Source: Eledone cirrhosa (lineage: Eukaryota). From it: 64,000 nt of DNA. Location: positions 192,696,001 to 192,760,000 of the forward strand of contig OZ024741.1 of assembly GCA_964016885.1 (NCBI GenBank), read 5' to 3'. The translations under genes and the position numbers were made by a program. Below, one piece after another: positions 49,560 to 62,677 of the stretch (position 1 is its first letter; each line of letters begins with the position of its first letter). The notes below the pieces were generated by a model, which worked only from the letters and a program-made list of their open reading frames with translations, made no database searches and was not told the origin of the DNA.

Positions 49560-52500
49560 AATATTCAAATCATCTAAAAATAAGTTCATTTTCTCCGACA
49601 AAACTAAAAATGTATACGAAGTTAATAATAATTTACATGACCAACTCTTAATAGATAACATCACCTCTAAATACAAAATAGCTAATATAAACACGTATAA
49701 TAATATAAATAAGGAAGCTAAAGAATTAGCTAGTTCTTTAAAAATAGATAATAGGACAGAAAAACTTGCTAAACGTAATGAATATATCACCCTTAAAGAT
49801 CACAAACCTGACTTTATTAATCGTCCTAGTTGTAGATTAATCAACCCTGCTAAGACTGATATCGGTCTTGCCACCAAAAAAATTTTAAATAATATAGACA
49901 CACAGATTAGAAGTAAGTCTGAATTACTCCAATGGATAAATAGCTCTTCCGTAGTACATTGGTTTAATAATATTAGAGATATAAAAATAGTTCTAGATTC
50001 ACCCAATTTGACATTGTAGATTTCTACCCGCCTATCACTCAGACTTTAGCGAAAGCCTTAAATTTCGCTAGAAGGTTTACCAATATTTCTGATATTGAAG
50101 AGAATGTCATCTTGCATGCTAGAAACACTCTACTCTTTACTGATAATGACACTTGGGTAAAAATATCTAACCCAGAGAACCCTTTCGATGTCTCAATGGG
50201 TTCTTTTGACAGTGCTGATGTTTGTGATTTAGTCGGCCTATTCCTCCTACACACACTTAAAGAAAAATTCCCTAACCATATTTTTGGGCTTTATCGCGAC
50301 GATGGTCTAATAGTTTCCCATACCACCATAGGTCATAACTTAGATAGCTTAAGGAAAGACTTAATAAAAACCTTCACTAGTTTTAATCTTAAAATTACTA
50401 TTGACACTAACCTTTCTAATGTTAATTTTCTAGATATAAACCTAGATCTTCCTACTGCTTCTTATAAACCATACCATAAACCTAATGAAAATTAAAAATA
50501 TATAAATAAAGGCTTTTGCCATCCTCCTATAGTTTTTAAAAACCTTATCCCTAATATTAGCCGTAGGATCTCCACCCTCTCTTCCTCAGAAGCTATTTTT
50601 AATAAGGCATCCCCCTACTATAACAAAGCCCTTCAAAATAGCGGATTTAGCGAACCGATTAAGTACATACCCAACAATACTAACTCTTTTAAACATAATA
50701 ATAGAAAAAGATAAATAATCTAGTTCACACCCCCTACTCTCTAGCAGTTAAAACTAATGTAGGCAAAACATTCCTAGAGCTCTTAGATAAACATTTCCCT
50801 AGAACACATATATACTATAAGATCTTCAATAGAAACTGTGTCAAAATTAGCTACTACTGCGGTCCCCCTATTAAATCTCATATCATCAATAAGAAATCAC
50901 CCAGAGAACATCAAAATTGCTCCTGTAGAGTCAAAAGTGAATGCCCATTAGAAGCTAAATGCAACACCAAAGCCATTGTATATGCGGCTAAAGTGACAAC
51001 CATCAGCAACAACCAACCAGCCACCAGCGAACGATATGTGGGTATGACACAAGACAAATTCAAAACGCGTTATTACTCACATGTCGCATCTTTCCGACAT
51101 CCAGAAAAAAGATTCACAACAGCTCTGGCTAGCAGAATATGGGATTTGAAAGACCAAGGTATCCAATATAAATTGGATTGGTCAATTTTGAACCAATCTA
51201 AAGAATATGCAAGAGGAACAAGAAGATGCACACTCTGCATAAGTGAAAAATATTGGATTTTACAGAACCTTAAATCACCAAAAACCTGCCTAAATACAAA
51301 AACAGAAATTTTCACCAGTTGCCCACACATGAAATCACACTTGCTTTCAGCTCATATAAACTTAACTCACTTTCAGATACTTATCCCCCATAAACTCTTA
51401 TTCTTCACTTTCCTTAAATTATCCTCTTTACAGACTTCTCTTTCTGATTTACTTTCATTTTTAATTTTTATTTTTAATTTAATTTTTATTTTTACTTCAC
51501 ATCCACCAGTAACCCCCCCCCCCCCCCCCGACTTTTCGATTCACTAACTAATATCTTCACATTCCACATTTTACTTCCCCATTTTCTTTCACTACCTGAT
51601 ATCAGAGATCACTTGCGTTTTCCACCTCAGATATATTCTGTTGTTTCGCAGCCGATTTTATATTTGTACTCATTTATTCAAACGGCTGGTTCATAATCTG
51701 TATCTATGTGTGTGAGTGTGCTTATGTGTGTATACGTTCTGTATATGTATACGAACGCCTCCGTATGTGTGAGTGCGTACGTATATATATGTGTGTGTAT
51801 GTGTGTTTTTATATCTATGTTTTTTTATATCTGTTTTTTACATACTTATTTATACGTGTGTCTGTATGCGGGTGAATGTATGTGTATGTGTATGTATATG
51901 TGTGTATATGTATATGTATGTATGGGTGTGTATGTATATATGTATATATATATATAGTCGCGTACGTACGTGTGATTAGATATACATGTGGCGATATATA
52001 TATATATATACGTGCCTCGTGTGTATGTATGTACGCATGCATGCGCTTTTGTCTGTACGTATTAGTGTGTATAAATATTTTTTTATATATATATGTGTAT
52101 GTACGTGCGTACCTATGTTTGTTTTCTTTTCTCTAGTGTTAATTGATTACTTTCTCTTTGATTTAAAAATTGCTTTTTTCATTCTCATATATTGTTTCAT
52201 TTTTATACATATATCGAGAATGACACTTCTTTTTACTATTACACTCCCTTTATCTTCCGCATATAAGTGACCGTGTGTGTGTGTGTTTATACGCGTGCTT
52301 TCATACTCGTATATGTATTTAATACCTGTATCTGGATGCGTGTTAACTATATTATCATACAATTTCTTTTTCAACTCATATTATATCCGTATTTGTGGTC
52401 ACATATACACAAATATACTTTCCCTCATATATGTACTTACGCACACATTTTCACCATACACATGCATTTGTACATACACACATATGTACATTTGTGAGTG

Positions 52501-52820
52501 TATATACATACATATACACATACCCGAACTATATTTCCTTATTTTTTTATATCTCACTTGCATTACTTTTATTTATATATTTTTTGCCCGTTAAACTCTT
52601 GCATTTCTTGAGGAGACTTTTCAAATATTTCACTCTGTTTTAAATTGCCTTGTCCGACGAACGAATGAGGACGTTTATCAGATTCGTCTTATTCGGGAAA
52701 CCTCTGGTAATGATGTAATTATATTTTATTGTTTATTATTACATTAAATTTTGCTCTGGTACTTACATAGAGCACTCTTCACTCCTATGACTTTTTCAAT
52801 TTTCAACGGAAACTTCAATA
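49560..52820 (+). mobile_element. Penelope-like element (same lineage as 3478-4937), disrupted RT + GIY-YIG at about 49560-51365, then a long 3' region
   Basis: YITLKDHKPDF..CRLINPAK, FDIVDFYP, FDVSMGSFDSADVCDLVGL, GLYRDDGL, CSCR..CPL..C, IVYAAKV..YVGMT..FKTRY and CTLCISEK. Confidence 0.9.
52650..52713 (+). ncRNA. Hammerhead motif, C4 core, long stem II
   Basis: ttgt-CCGACGA-a.cgaatgaggacg...cgtcttattcg.g-GAAA-cctctgg-T-A-atga. Stem I is weak. Confidence 0.55.
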
Positions 52821-52885
<65 letters not shown>

Positions 52886-53094
52886 CGTTTCTGAATTTGT
52901 TTAGCAAGATTCTTTATCTGAAAACGTGTGTTGAAACCGATATTGTTATACTTTGGGAGGGTCATGTTGCCAATAAGAAACACACGCAAGCAGTTGCTTT
53001 CACTTCAATTTATTATAATAAATTTATAAATTTAGGAATTTATAAATTTCCGGTTGGTTGGTTGGTTCCACAACCAGATGGTTGTTTATATATT

Positions 53095-53138
53095 GTCAAA
53101 GTTCTTTCGTCACACATTATGTGACCTCATCAGTGAAC
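53095..53138 (-). ncRNA. Minimal hammerhead ribozyme, canonical core with one extra nt after A9
   Basis: Minus strand reads gttca-CTGATGA-g-gtcaca.taatg.tgtgac-GAAA-gaac-T-T-tgac. Confidence 0.75.
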
Positions 53139-53278
53139 AGGGATTCTTTTCTTTGTTTTGTGCCTCTCATTTGTTCTGTCCTACGCCATCTTGTTTTTTG
53201 TGTGTGTCAGACGCCAAAACAAGATGGCGTAGGAGAGGCACAAAAAACGAAAAAAAACAACAAAAAAAACAATCCCCA

Positions 53279-53321
53279 GTTACTGAAGAGGTCACAGAAT
53301 GTGTGACGAAAGAACTTTGAC
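53279..53321 (+). ncRNA. Minimal hammerhead ribozyme, canonical core with one extra nt after A9
   Basis: gtta-CTGAAGA-g-gtcaca.gaatg.tgtgac-GAAA-gaac-T-T-tgac. Confidence 0.75.
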
Positions 53322-53690
53322 AATATATAAACAACCATCTGGTTGTGGAACCAACCAACCAACCGGAAATTTATAAATTCCTAAATTTATAAATTTATTA
53401 TAATAAATTGAATTGAAAGCAACTAGTGGTTGTGTTTCTTATTGGCAACATGATCCTCCCAAAGTATAACATATATATGAAAAAGAAGTTCAAAATGCAA
53501 TTAAAATCTTTAATGTTTATTTACAATAATTTATAACTTTACCGATTTCAATTTCAAAGCTTTCACTATTTTCGAAAATTAACCTTTGAAAATCATGAAA
53601 CTCATGAAACCTTCTTAGAGGCCCCAATTGCATTTTCAATTTCTTTTTCCTACATTTTTACCCTTGTGGGATATATTAAAAACCTTGCCT

Positions 53691-53729
<39 letters not shown>

Positions 53730-53764
53730 TGCGAGAAAAACCACAAACCCTCCATCTCAATTCT

Positions 53765-53801
53765 ACTTTTGAAAAGCAGTAAACTGTGAAACCGGTAAAA
53801 G
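53765..53801 (+). ncRNA. Hammerhead motif, U3-A8 variant (same family as 33576), slightly decayed
   Basis: actt-TTGAAAA-gcag.taaa.ctgt-GAAA-CCGG-T-A-aaag, inside a solo pLTR 53728-53857 homologous to 33540-33690. Confidence 0.65.
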
Positions 53802-53857
53802 AAACAAATAAATATTCTTAAAAAGACTCCAGTTGCATTTTTGATTTCTTTTCCTTA

Positions 53858-53918
<61 letters not shown>

Positions 53919-53922
<4 letters not shown>

Positions 53923-54107
53923 TGGCGGGAGATTCCAAGATTACTAGACCGTGGTATGGCAGTGGGGGTGTGCTTGCACTGCTTTAAAAAAAAAACGCTG
54001 CTCATGGCCTGCACCTCACATAGCCCCTGGCAAACCAAGTCCATCTCCTAGCCTTCTCGTTTGGCTTAACATGTAAGGGCGGCGTGACCGTCCCTACTGA
54101 CAGGAGG
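53919..54107 (+). ncRNA. HDV-like ribozyme fold at the 5' end of the RTE element
   Basis: P1 GTGTTGG (53919-25)/TTAACAT (54066-72) with a G1-U wobble; P2 ctcct/aggag; P3 gcc/ggc; L3 ttctcgttt; P4 agggcgg/ccgtccct; J4/2 C-TGA with the putative catalytic C at 54097. Confidence 0.75.
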
Positions 54108-57100
54108 AGGGGCATAGGTGGATTCTTGAGCCTCCAAATCAGTGCTCTGGGTAAATGGAACTCGTCAGCCTAGGAGGGCATTCCATCTAAGCGAAGGCAA
54201 ATTCTGAATTTAAACATCGGCTGCCATACAGCTATACCCACTTATGGGAAAGGATTCAGGAGTAAACCCCGAGGATAAATCCGGAGTCGGTGTGCGTAAG
54301 GGAGTTCGATGTTATATCCAACCTCGTTCTGGCAACCCCTGTGGCACAACCATTGCCGAGTTGTACTGGTCTCTGCCCTTCCCTTCGACATCACCGGTGG
54401 CGCGGAGAGAGGCAACGTGCTGCATGGGCAACTGTCGATGTCCCATAAAACCCTGCCCAAGGTTGTGCCCTGGAGAGGTCACTCTAGTATCATCTCACCA
54501 TGGAAGCAAAACATAGAAAGCAGCAGTCTACCGGTTATAAGTCTGCACATGATTAGGGTATGAAGCACGGTGCCAAGGGCTGCTTTCGACGGAGGGAGAG
54601 GCCATTGTGCCCCACTGGAGAGCTATCACCCGCTGGGCAGCTCCCACCAAGCTGGGCAGCTCCCACCAAGTTAGGTGTTGTTCCATCACAGTCCAAATGC
54701 TCCACTGGGTACGTGAGGCGTAGGGATATTGATATACTGAATCGTGGGCCGTAAAGCCTGTACCAAGAAAATCAATGAACAAGCAAACAAACAATGTAAG
54801 ATGATCTTCAAAAGGTCAGTGACACGCGCAAAACAGCAGTTATCAACAACGAACTGCTCCGACGTCGTGTGGTCATTGCAGCGCTCAAGGAGACGCGTCT
54901 CCCAGATTTGAGGACCCTACGGCAGGGGAAACGCATAGATGAAGCCAAAGAGCATGCCGACGGCTTTACTGTGAGGAGGTCACTGTTGAATATGGTAGAA
55001 CTCTGCATCGACGCCTCGTAGCGGATCCTCTCACTCCAATTGCATACTTCGGATGGACCTGTCAACCTTGTCAGCGCTTATACTCCAACTCTCTATTCCA
55101 CACAAGACGACAATGATAAGTTTTACAATCAGCTCTCCAGAAAAATGCAGACGATCCCAAATGGAGAACAGCTGATGCTACTTGGCGACGTCAATGCCAG
55201 AGTGGGAGCCGACCACGACACCTGGACAGGTTGTCTGGGACGGCACGGGATCGGCATCATGAATGACAACGGACAATGACTGTTTAAGCGCTGTGTGTTT
55301 AAGTGCTCCATGGAGTATGTGTCACTTTCACATACTTCCAGGTTAAACTTCACAACTTTTCCTGGCATCAGCCTCGCTCAGGGTATTGGCTAGATCTGAT
55401 CCTCACAAGACACAACCACCCGAGAAACGTGCTCCTGACTCGTTCCTTTCAGAGCGCTGACTGTGACACAGATCACTCTCTGGTTTGCTGCAATCTCAAA
55501 CTCCAACCAAAAATGATGCACTACACCAAGCCTCCGGACAGGGAGCGTATCAATGCTATTGCGACCCAGTAATCAGACAAAGTAGTTGTATTCCTCGAGC
55601 AGCTGGGAGACGCCCTCCTGGAAAGTGATGTTCAGCAAAGATGGGACTTACTCAGAGGCACCTTCCATAACACTACATTGAAGACCTTTGGGAGGAAGCG
55701 AAGAACAACACATGACTGATTTGAGGCGAGTGACCATGGAAGAGAAGAGTACTGCCCTATTGAAGCACAAACACCAACCGACCAAGGCAACGTTACGATC
55801 ATTGAAATCAGCTTGGAACAACACACAAAAGATTGCAAAATGCTGTGCAAATGATTACTGGTTACAGCTATGCGAAGGCATCTATCAATCATTTGACATA
55901 GGTAACATTCGTGAAATGCATGCATGCATCAAGAAAGCCATCGGCCCAACCCAGAGCAAGACAGCTCCACTCAAATTCAGAACAGGCGAGGTCATCAAAG
56001 TCAAAAGGGAGCTGCAAGGAAAAGAGTATCTCGGACAACGCGCTAGACACTAAGGAACACCTACCCGTCATGGAAGAGCTAGATGCAATTGCCGACTGCT
56101 GAAAAGCTTCCTGCTGGGAAGGCACCAGTATCTGACGGTATCCCCTCAAAGGTCATCAGGTGTGCAAAGTTAGTGCTATTTAGCCACTTGTTGAAATTAC
56201 TGTCTTAGTGTTGGAATGAGGGAACAGTCCCGCAAGACTTGAGAGACTGCAGCATTGTCACCCTCTATGAGAACAAAGGGGCCAGAAGTGACTGCAATAG
56301 CATCTAGCTGCTAAGCATCATTGGGAAGATCTTTGCCTGCGTGCTCTTGAACAATCTACAGAAAATCGCTGAGAAGGTATAACCCGAATTTCAGTGCGGT
56401 TTCAGGTCAGAACGCTCCACCATCGACATGATCTTCTCACTTCAGCAGCTATAGGAGAAATGCCGAGAGCAAAGACAACCACTCTACATCACCTTCATTG
56501 ACCTCACTAAAGTATTCGATCTAGTTAGTTGAAACGGCCTGTTCAAAATCCTCGCCAGGATCGGTTGTCCTCCAAGACTTTGTAGGATAGTCCAATCGTT
56601 TCATGCAGATATGAAAAGTGTCATTCAATTTGATGGCTCTTCTATGGAGCCATTTAACATATGCAGTGGCGTCAAGCATTACTGTGCGCTATCCCCCACT
56701 CTGTTTAGCATCGTTTTCGTAGTCATGCTAAGAATTGCATTTGGAAAGTCAACTGAAGGTGTCTACCTCAACACCAAATCAGACGGGAAGCTATTTAGTC
56801 TGTCAAGGCTGAAGGCAAAATCCAAAGTTCGCAAAGTAATCATGAGATAAATGCTGTTTGCAGACGACGCAGCATTGTCAGTGTACTCTGAGGAGCAAAT
56901 GCAGAACCTCATTAACAAATTCTCGAGGGCCTACTATGAAATCAGCCTGACCATTAGTCTGAAGAAAACCAATGTACTGGGCCAAACTGTCAAGTACCCC
57001 CCCCCCCCCCCACCGTCGCCATCAACGACTACGATCTGGAGGTGGTCGATGAATTCATCTACCTTGATTTCACCATCACTTACAAACTCTCCCTGGACCC

Positions 57101-57410
57101 TGAGATCAGCAGGAGAGTTGGACGAGCAACCTCCACATTTACCAGCCTGACGAATAGAGTCTGAAAGAATTGAAAACTAACTACAAACACTAAGATTGCT
57201 GTCTACAAGTTGTGTCCTCAGCACACTGCTTTACGGCAGCGAGATATGGAACCTCTACTCCAGACAGGAGTCACGTATCAATGTCCTTCACTTTCGTAGA
57301 CTGGTACTCATTTTGGATATCAAGTGGTCAGCAATAGTGAAGTGCTCAACCACGCCTAGATATCCAGCATATATACACCCTGCTCAAACAGCGTCATCTG
57401 CGCTGGCTCA
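53919..57410 (+). mobile_element. Near full-length degenerate RTE-clade LINE (5'UTR, APE, RT)
   Basis: APE motifs ALKETR, VSAYTPT, LLGDVNARVG and DTDHSLV. RT motifs QCGFR, FIDLTKVFD, LSPTLF, MLFADDAAL and STLLYGSE. Many stops and frameshifts. Confidence 0.9.
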
Positions 57411-57949
57411 ACACCAACACCTCTTTGTTTCCGGCCCCGTACTACATTACAGATCGTGCAAACATACATGCCGCTATCCGCAACATCACACATCCCCCAC
57501 ACACCTCACATCAATACACATACTTATCACAGGTAACACATATATATATATACCACCCAACACACATATATAGCTCTGCACAGATATACGCATCACATTC
57601 CTCATTATACAAGTACATATCCCCCCACTGAACCCATTCATCCAAAACACACAAGATTGAATCTTCTATACGCACAAACATTTTGTTTGTAACTTCTTCT
57701 CAGAAGAGCGCCATCCATTCATTGAACATTGCACAATAATGTGCACGCAGGTAACTTTTCAGACCAGCTTTTATTTTAAATGCACATTCACAGATGTGAC
57801 ACTTGAACAGTCTGTCTCCTGGCATTCCGGCTAGTTTATATCTTCATGTATTTTATCATGTCAGGTCAGTCCACCAGCTGACTTCCAAATTAAGTCACAT
57901 TCATTGCAAATGTATCGTGGAGAACGTAGCTGTAGAACCATCTCACAAG

Positions 57950-58852
57950 TGGCTCGGTATCTCCCTGGGTCGGGTGACTTAAAAGGTTGACAAATCCAGC
58001 TCTTAATAGAAGAAATTTTCTCCATATATTATTCCTCAATTCCTGTTGGATTTCTGCAGGCACTGTATTTGGGTTCCGCTTACCGATGAACGCTTCAATG
58101 CAGCATGCCCCATTCGCTTTTGTTCAAAGTCATCACATACTTGATGATCTTACTCCATAATGTATGGCTTTTAGCCTAGGCTTCCAAATTATCCATATCA
58201 ACCTTCCTTCAGAGCTTTTATGACATCCTTAAACCGCTTCTTTTGTTTGTGCTGTGGTCATTTCCCTTTGGTTAACTCCCCATAAAATATCTGTTTAGAG
58301 ATCTTTCCATCTTCCATCCTGACCTGATGACAAGCCCAATACATCTACTTCATAATAATTCTCCTCTCAAAACTGGTACTGCATGCTTCCTCAAGTACAA
58401 CAGCATCAGGTGTGTAAGAGGACCACTTAATGTTCAGGACGCCTCGGATGCAATGTTGAAGAAACCTTTCCATTTGATTGATATGGTTCCTGTAAGTTGC
58501 CCACATTTCGCACCCATATAGCAGGGCTATAAGATCACAGACCTCATATACAGCGAGCTTTGTGTCTTCCGTCACCAGACTCACTTTTCAAGCTCCCGGA
58601 AGGAAAAACTCGCTTTCGCAACTCTGTGATTTATTTCAGCACCAAGGGTGCCATCTCTGCAAAGTGTACTTCTTGGATACACAAAGCTGTCCACGACTTT
58701 TCCCTCCCGCGAGAATGTCTGGCTCCAGATACACTACCCAAACTGGTAGAGTGTACATGACATTTATCTTTTTTATGCTAATATTTAGCACAAATGATGC
58801 AGTGCATGCGTTGGAGAAGGTATCCGATATTAACTGCATGTCCTCTACAGTG
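57950..58852 (-). mobile_element. RTE-like LINE 3' remnant
   Basis: AHTVEDMQLISDTFSNAC, ISIKKINVM, LLYGCEMWATY, VLNIKW, and KQIFYGEL..KQKKRFKD on the minus strand. Confidence 0.8.
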
Positions 58853-60063
58853 TGAGCATCATACAACCACACACACACAAAGAGTTGCATAAAACACGCA
58901 TACATCTCTTCCCACCGCTACTGCAAACACCACACTCGCACACTTTTATATCTATGTATGTGTCTGTGCGCGTATACGTGAACGCCTTCTCACGTACGTA
59001 TGTATATTTATGTTTACGCATGCGTGTGCTGCTTGCGTGTGGCACTATGTTCGTGTGGAGTCTATTGCCATAGCTTAGTGTCATCGGATGAAAATGCTTC
59101 CCAGCAAGTATTTTGGCTCCCCTCTATATTCTAGCCCTTCCCCTCCACGGGCACAATAACCTCATCTTTCGCAGTTCGACGGATGTACTGACGCAGGGTC
59201 GTACGTGACGCCTTGTGGTATTTCTTACGGCCATACCCATGACGTGGTACGTAACGACTTTATGCATGTCTCACCACCTTCTCCACGCTGTTCTACCAAA
59301 GGCTCGCTTCTGATTGTATGCGTGCTTTTATATCTACGCACAAGTATACATACAAGTTTAACCATGCTCACATGCATGCGTGTTAAAATGCGCATACGCA
59401 CATACATATACGCCTATGGTACATCAATGGATGGTTGATGAATACAATATTTCTTAACAGGTGTATATTTTTCTTATACTAAAACAGTAAATTCCCTCCG
59501 AAGAAGCATTTGATTCTGGTAATGATGACCATATTGATTTATTGATTGGTTGGACTTATTCTCCGATTCAGAAACTGCACGAACAGTCGAAAGATTTGAT
59601 CGGATAACGATGACTATCTCAAATTATTGAAGTGGTCTGACTTATTTATTTTTCACTTCATAGACTGTTTTTGCGCTCGGGGATTTTGGTCAGCATCCTT
59701 ATGTTTAAGCTGCTTGTGATTTCATATATCCCCAGGAAATAATATTTTATCGACCTGTTAGTGGTGGCATGTATAAAATGCTTTATATATGTTTGCTTCT
59801 CTGAATAAGACATCTTAAAGATATTTTTTCATTGAGATGTTATGTATATTCGTGACGAATTTTAATTGTGTAATATTAATATATATATATTTTGCCTACG
59901 GCATATCACAAATTCGGGTTTTCATGTGAAGATACCGTTCTCATAGCAGCAACAAAGGCACACGTTACATCATGGATTGCATAACAGAACCGTTGAAATA
60001 ATTACAATGAATAAACGTTTAATCTAACATCAGCATCTCTCTCTCTATATATATATATATATA

Positions 60064-60118
<55 letters not shown>

Positions 60119-60221
60119 TTTGACCGATCAGCCAAACACACTAGATGGTGCTAAGCTAAACCATCAGTTTTCAAATTCATAGCTGAAGGCTTTCATGTAT
60201 TTCATATACATATATATATAT

Positions 60222-60744
60222 GATGGCTGCAAACTATGCTACGAGTATTGCAATCGCTGGTCAGATTACAGAAAATGGTGCACTTTTAGGCTACGGCCAG
60301 CCACACGAATCTGTAACATAATCTGAACAAGCAATGCCTATGCTTTGAAGGTTCTTTAAGTGGGGAAAAGCCTTGCACCCGACCAATCCCTCTCTCTGAG
60401 CATCAAAAACACTACCTGAAAAGGAGAACAGGTCAATATCATCGGATGCTTCCGAAGCCGCAGGTTTTTTTTTTTTAGAGTTTCTCTTTCTTAGAAAGGT
60501 GCTGTGATAACAACTGGAGGCCTTTCACTCCCAGGTGAAAAAAAAATGTACTATTTGGATGGCCGTTGATTCTGCTGAGTTTCTCCGCCCTTCGCTGGGT
60601 CTTGTATTTCCTCCCGTTGGTGTCCAAATATCACCTTCCTCACCAAGCAAGCTTGGTGGGGTTGCCGGTTTAGTCGCCGACGACCCGACAGTGAGAGAGG
60701 TTGTACTGGGTTACATGTTACCAATAGCACTCAAAAAGGACCTG

Positions 60745-60748
<4 letters not shown>
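60222..60748 (-). mobile_element. Non-autonomous retroelement, subfamily A
   Basis: Homologous to 38013-38540 and flanked by (TA)n. Confidence 0.75.
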
Positions 60749-60775
<27 letters not shown>

Positions 60776-61446
60776 TGTATATATATGTATATATATGTGT
60801 GTGTATATATATGTGTGTGTGTGTGTGTGTGTGCATGTATATATGCATGGATGCATGTATGTATGTATGAATGTATGTATGTATGTGAATAATTTTGAGC
60901 AAAGTAATATTTGGTAAAGGAAAATACAACAATCAAGCCACGGTCTACTTTATTGCGGAAGTTTAAGAGAAGGGACTGTGTGATTAAAATAGTTTCCGTT
61001 ATTTTTTCTCTTGCTTGTCATTGGTTATTGAATTATCGCTACTGAGAGAAAGAGGCATAAAATGTTGTAGAATTAAATGTCACATGTAATCTAATGAGGT
61101 ACAGATGTCACATCATTTCTTATTTTTTTTTGAACAAGGAATAGTGAGACGATAATCATCATTTATGAGCACACTCACAAACACAGACACACATACACAC
61201 ACACATACACATACACATACACATACATACATACATACATACATACATACATACATACATACATACATACATACATACATACATACATGTATACATACAT
61301 ACATACATACATACATACATACATACATACATACATACATACATACATCGCTGTTGGGAACGATATTGTCAGAAGTCGAAATTCGCGAGATCACCAGTCG
61401 TCGACAAGGAAATGTCCCGCAACACAATCTGTATGATATATATACA

Positions 61447-61515
<69 letters not shown>

Positions 61516-61949
61516 AAAGTTCTATTTAAATTGTTGGGATACAACAAGCAAATATTTTTATAACTGATATACACTCAACAAGTATTTGGAGTAAATATAC
61601 GATATTAACAAATGGAATCTATATTTATAAAACCATATCTATTTTATTATACATATTTCAAGGATACCATGTTAAATTATGGTATGCTTTCATCAGACAA
61701 AATACAATATATACCAGTTTTATAAATAAATATTGACATACCCTTTCAAAATGCAACCGTTACATTTCGTTTTAATCATTTTCTAACCCAGAAAAAAAGA
61801 GAGAAATAAATAAAAAGGGAAAAAAAATGTTTTTTCTTCCTAATAATCGTCTCTTTCTCCCTGTTTTCATATATATATATATATATAGGGTGTGTGTGTG
61901 ACGGAGAGAGAGAGGAGAGAGAGGGGGGGGGGGTATAATTGCAATACGT

Positions 61950-62615
61950 GGGACGAGGGTATGAAGGTAAGGACAAACAATAAAGGGGAGAGACTATCTC
62001 CTTGGAAGATACCTCTCTTGATTTTCACTCCTGTCAAGGTGGCGGTAGATTTCCTCAGACATAGTGCTTGTTAGTAAGTTCCACATCAAGGATAGACAAG
62101 TGATAAGCATATAGTTGGTAACGTCATTTTCCTTGACTTGGTCTTTCGTTATTAGAACCATGGTATCTTTTGTCAACCACTGCGGTACTTCACTTGACAC
62201 CAACCAGCCATTGAACATGTCTGTCAGTATCGGGAGAAGATATGTTATATTTTTAGTCCAATGTCCTTGCACACCATCTGGTCCTGATGATCTCCAGTTG
62301 ATTAATTTATTGGTTACTTTTTAAGGGTTTCAACCGAGATACTCGAATCAAGTTGTTATTCTGCTTGTTCATCTACCCCATTTTTAAGTCTCAATCCACT
62401 CTGCCCGACTATTATGTTCAACATCCTGCTTCAAAATCCCTCTCCAAAATGTGTTGGTCCATTCAGCTACAGGAATATCATCGTCGCCTCTTTCTTTTAC
62501 TTCAAATAGTTCAAATGACATATGGTTGTTGTCGAACTTGCGGTTTGTCTATATTGGCTAACTCTGCTCTCGTATCTTTTAACTTTTACAGTTTGGGATA
62601 TGACACGTTGCTTTA
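61950..62615 (-). mobile_element. Internally deleted, degenerate R4/Dong fragment related to the 23885 family
   Basis: EVPQWLTKDTMVLITKDQVKENDVTNY..ITCL and GIFQGDSLSPLLFVL on the minus strand. Confidence 0.85.
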
Positions 62616-62677
62616 ATTCCTCTATCTTTTTTTATGACTTAAATAGGTTTATTTACAATAGTTTATAACTTTGCCTA

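Larger units (their letters stand above)
52885..53472. mobile_element. ORF-less fold-back element (arms of about 255 bp) carrying two hammerheads, in (TA)n
   Basis: 52944-53197 is inverted relative to 53216-53471. An unpaired extension of about 60 bp lies on the left. Confidence 0.85.

Noticed and set aside
53520-53615. Additional hammerhead-like remnants (tttgaaaa...gaaac; minus-strand gaaatcggta)
   Set aside because: The stems cannot be formed, so the motifs are too degenerate to call.
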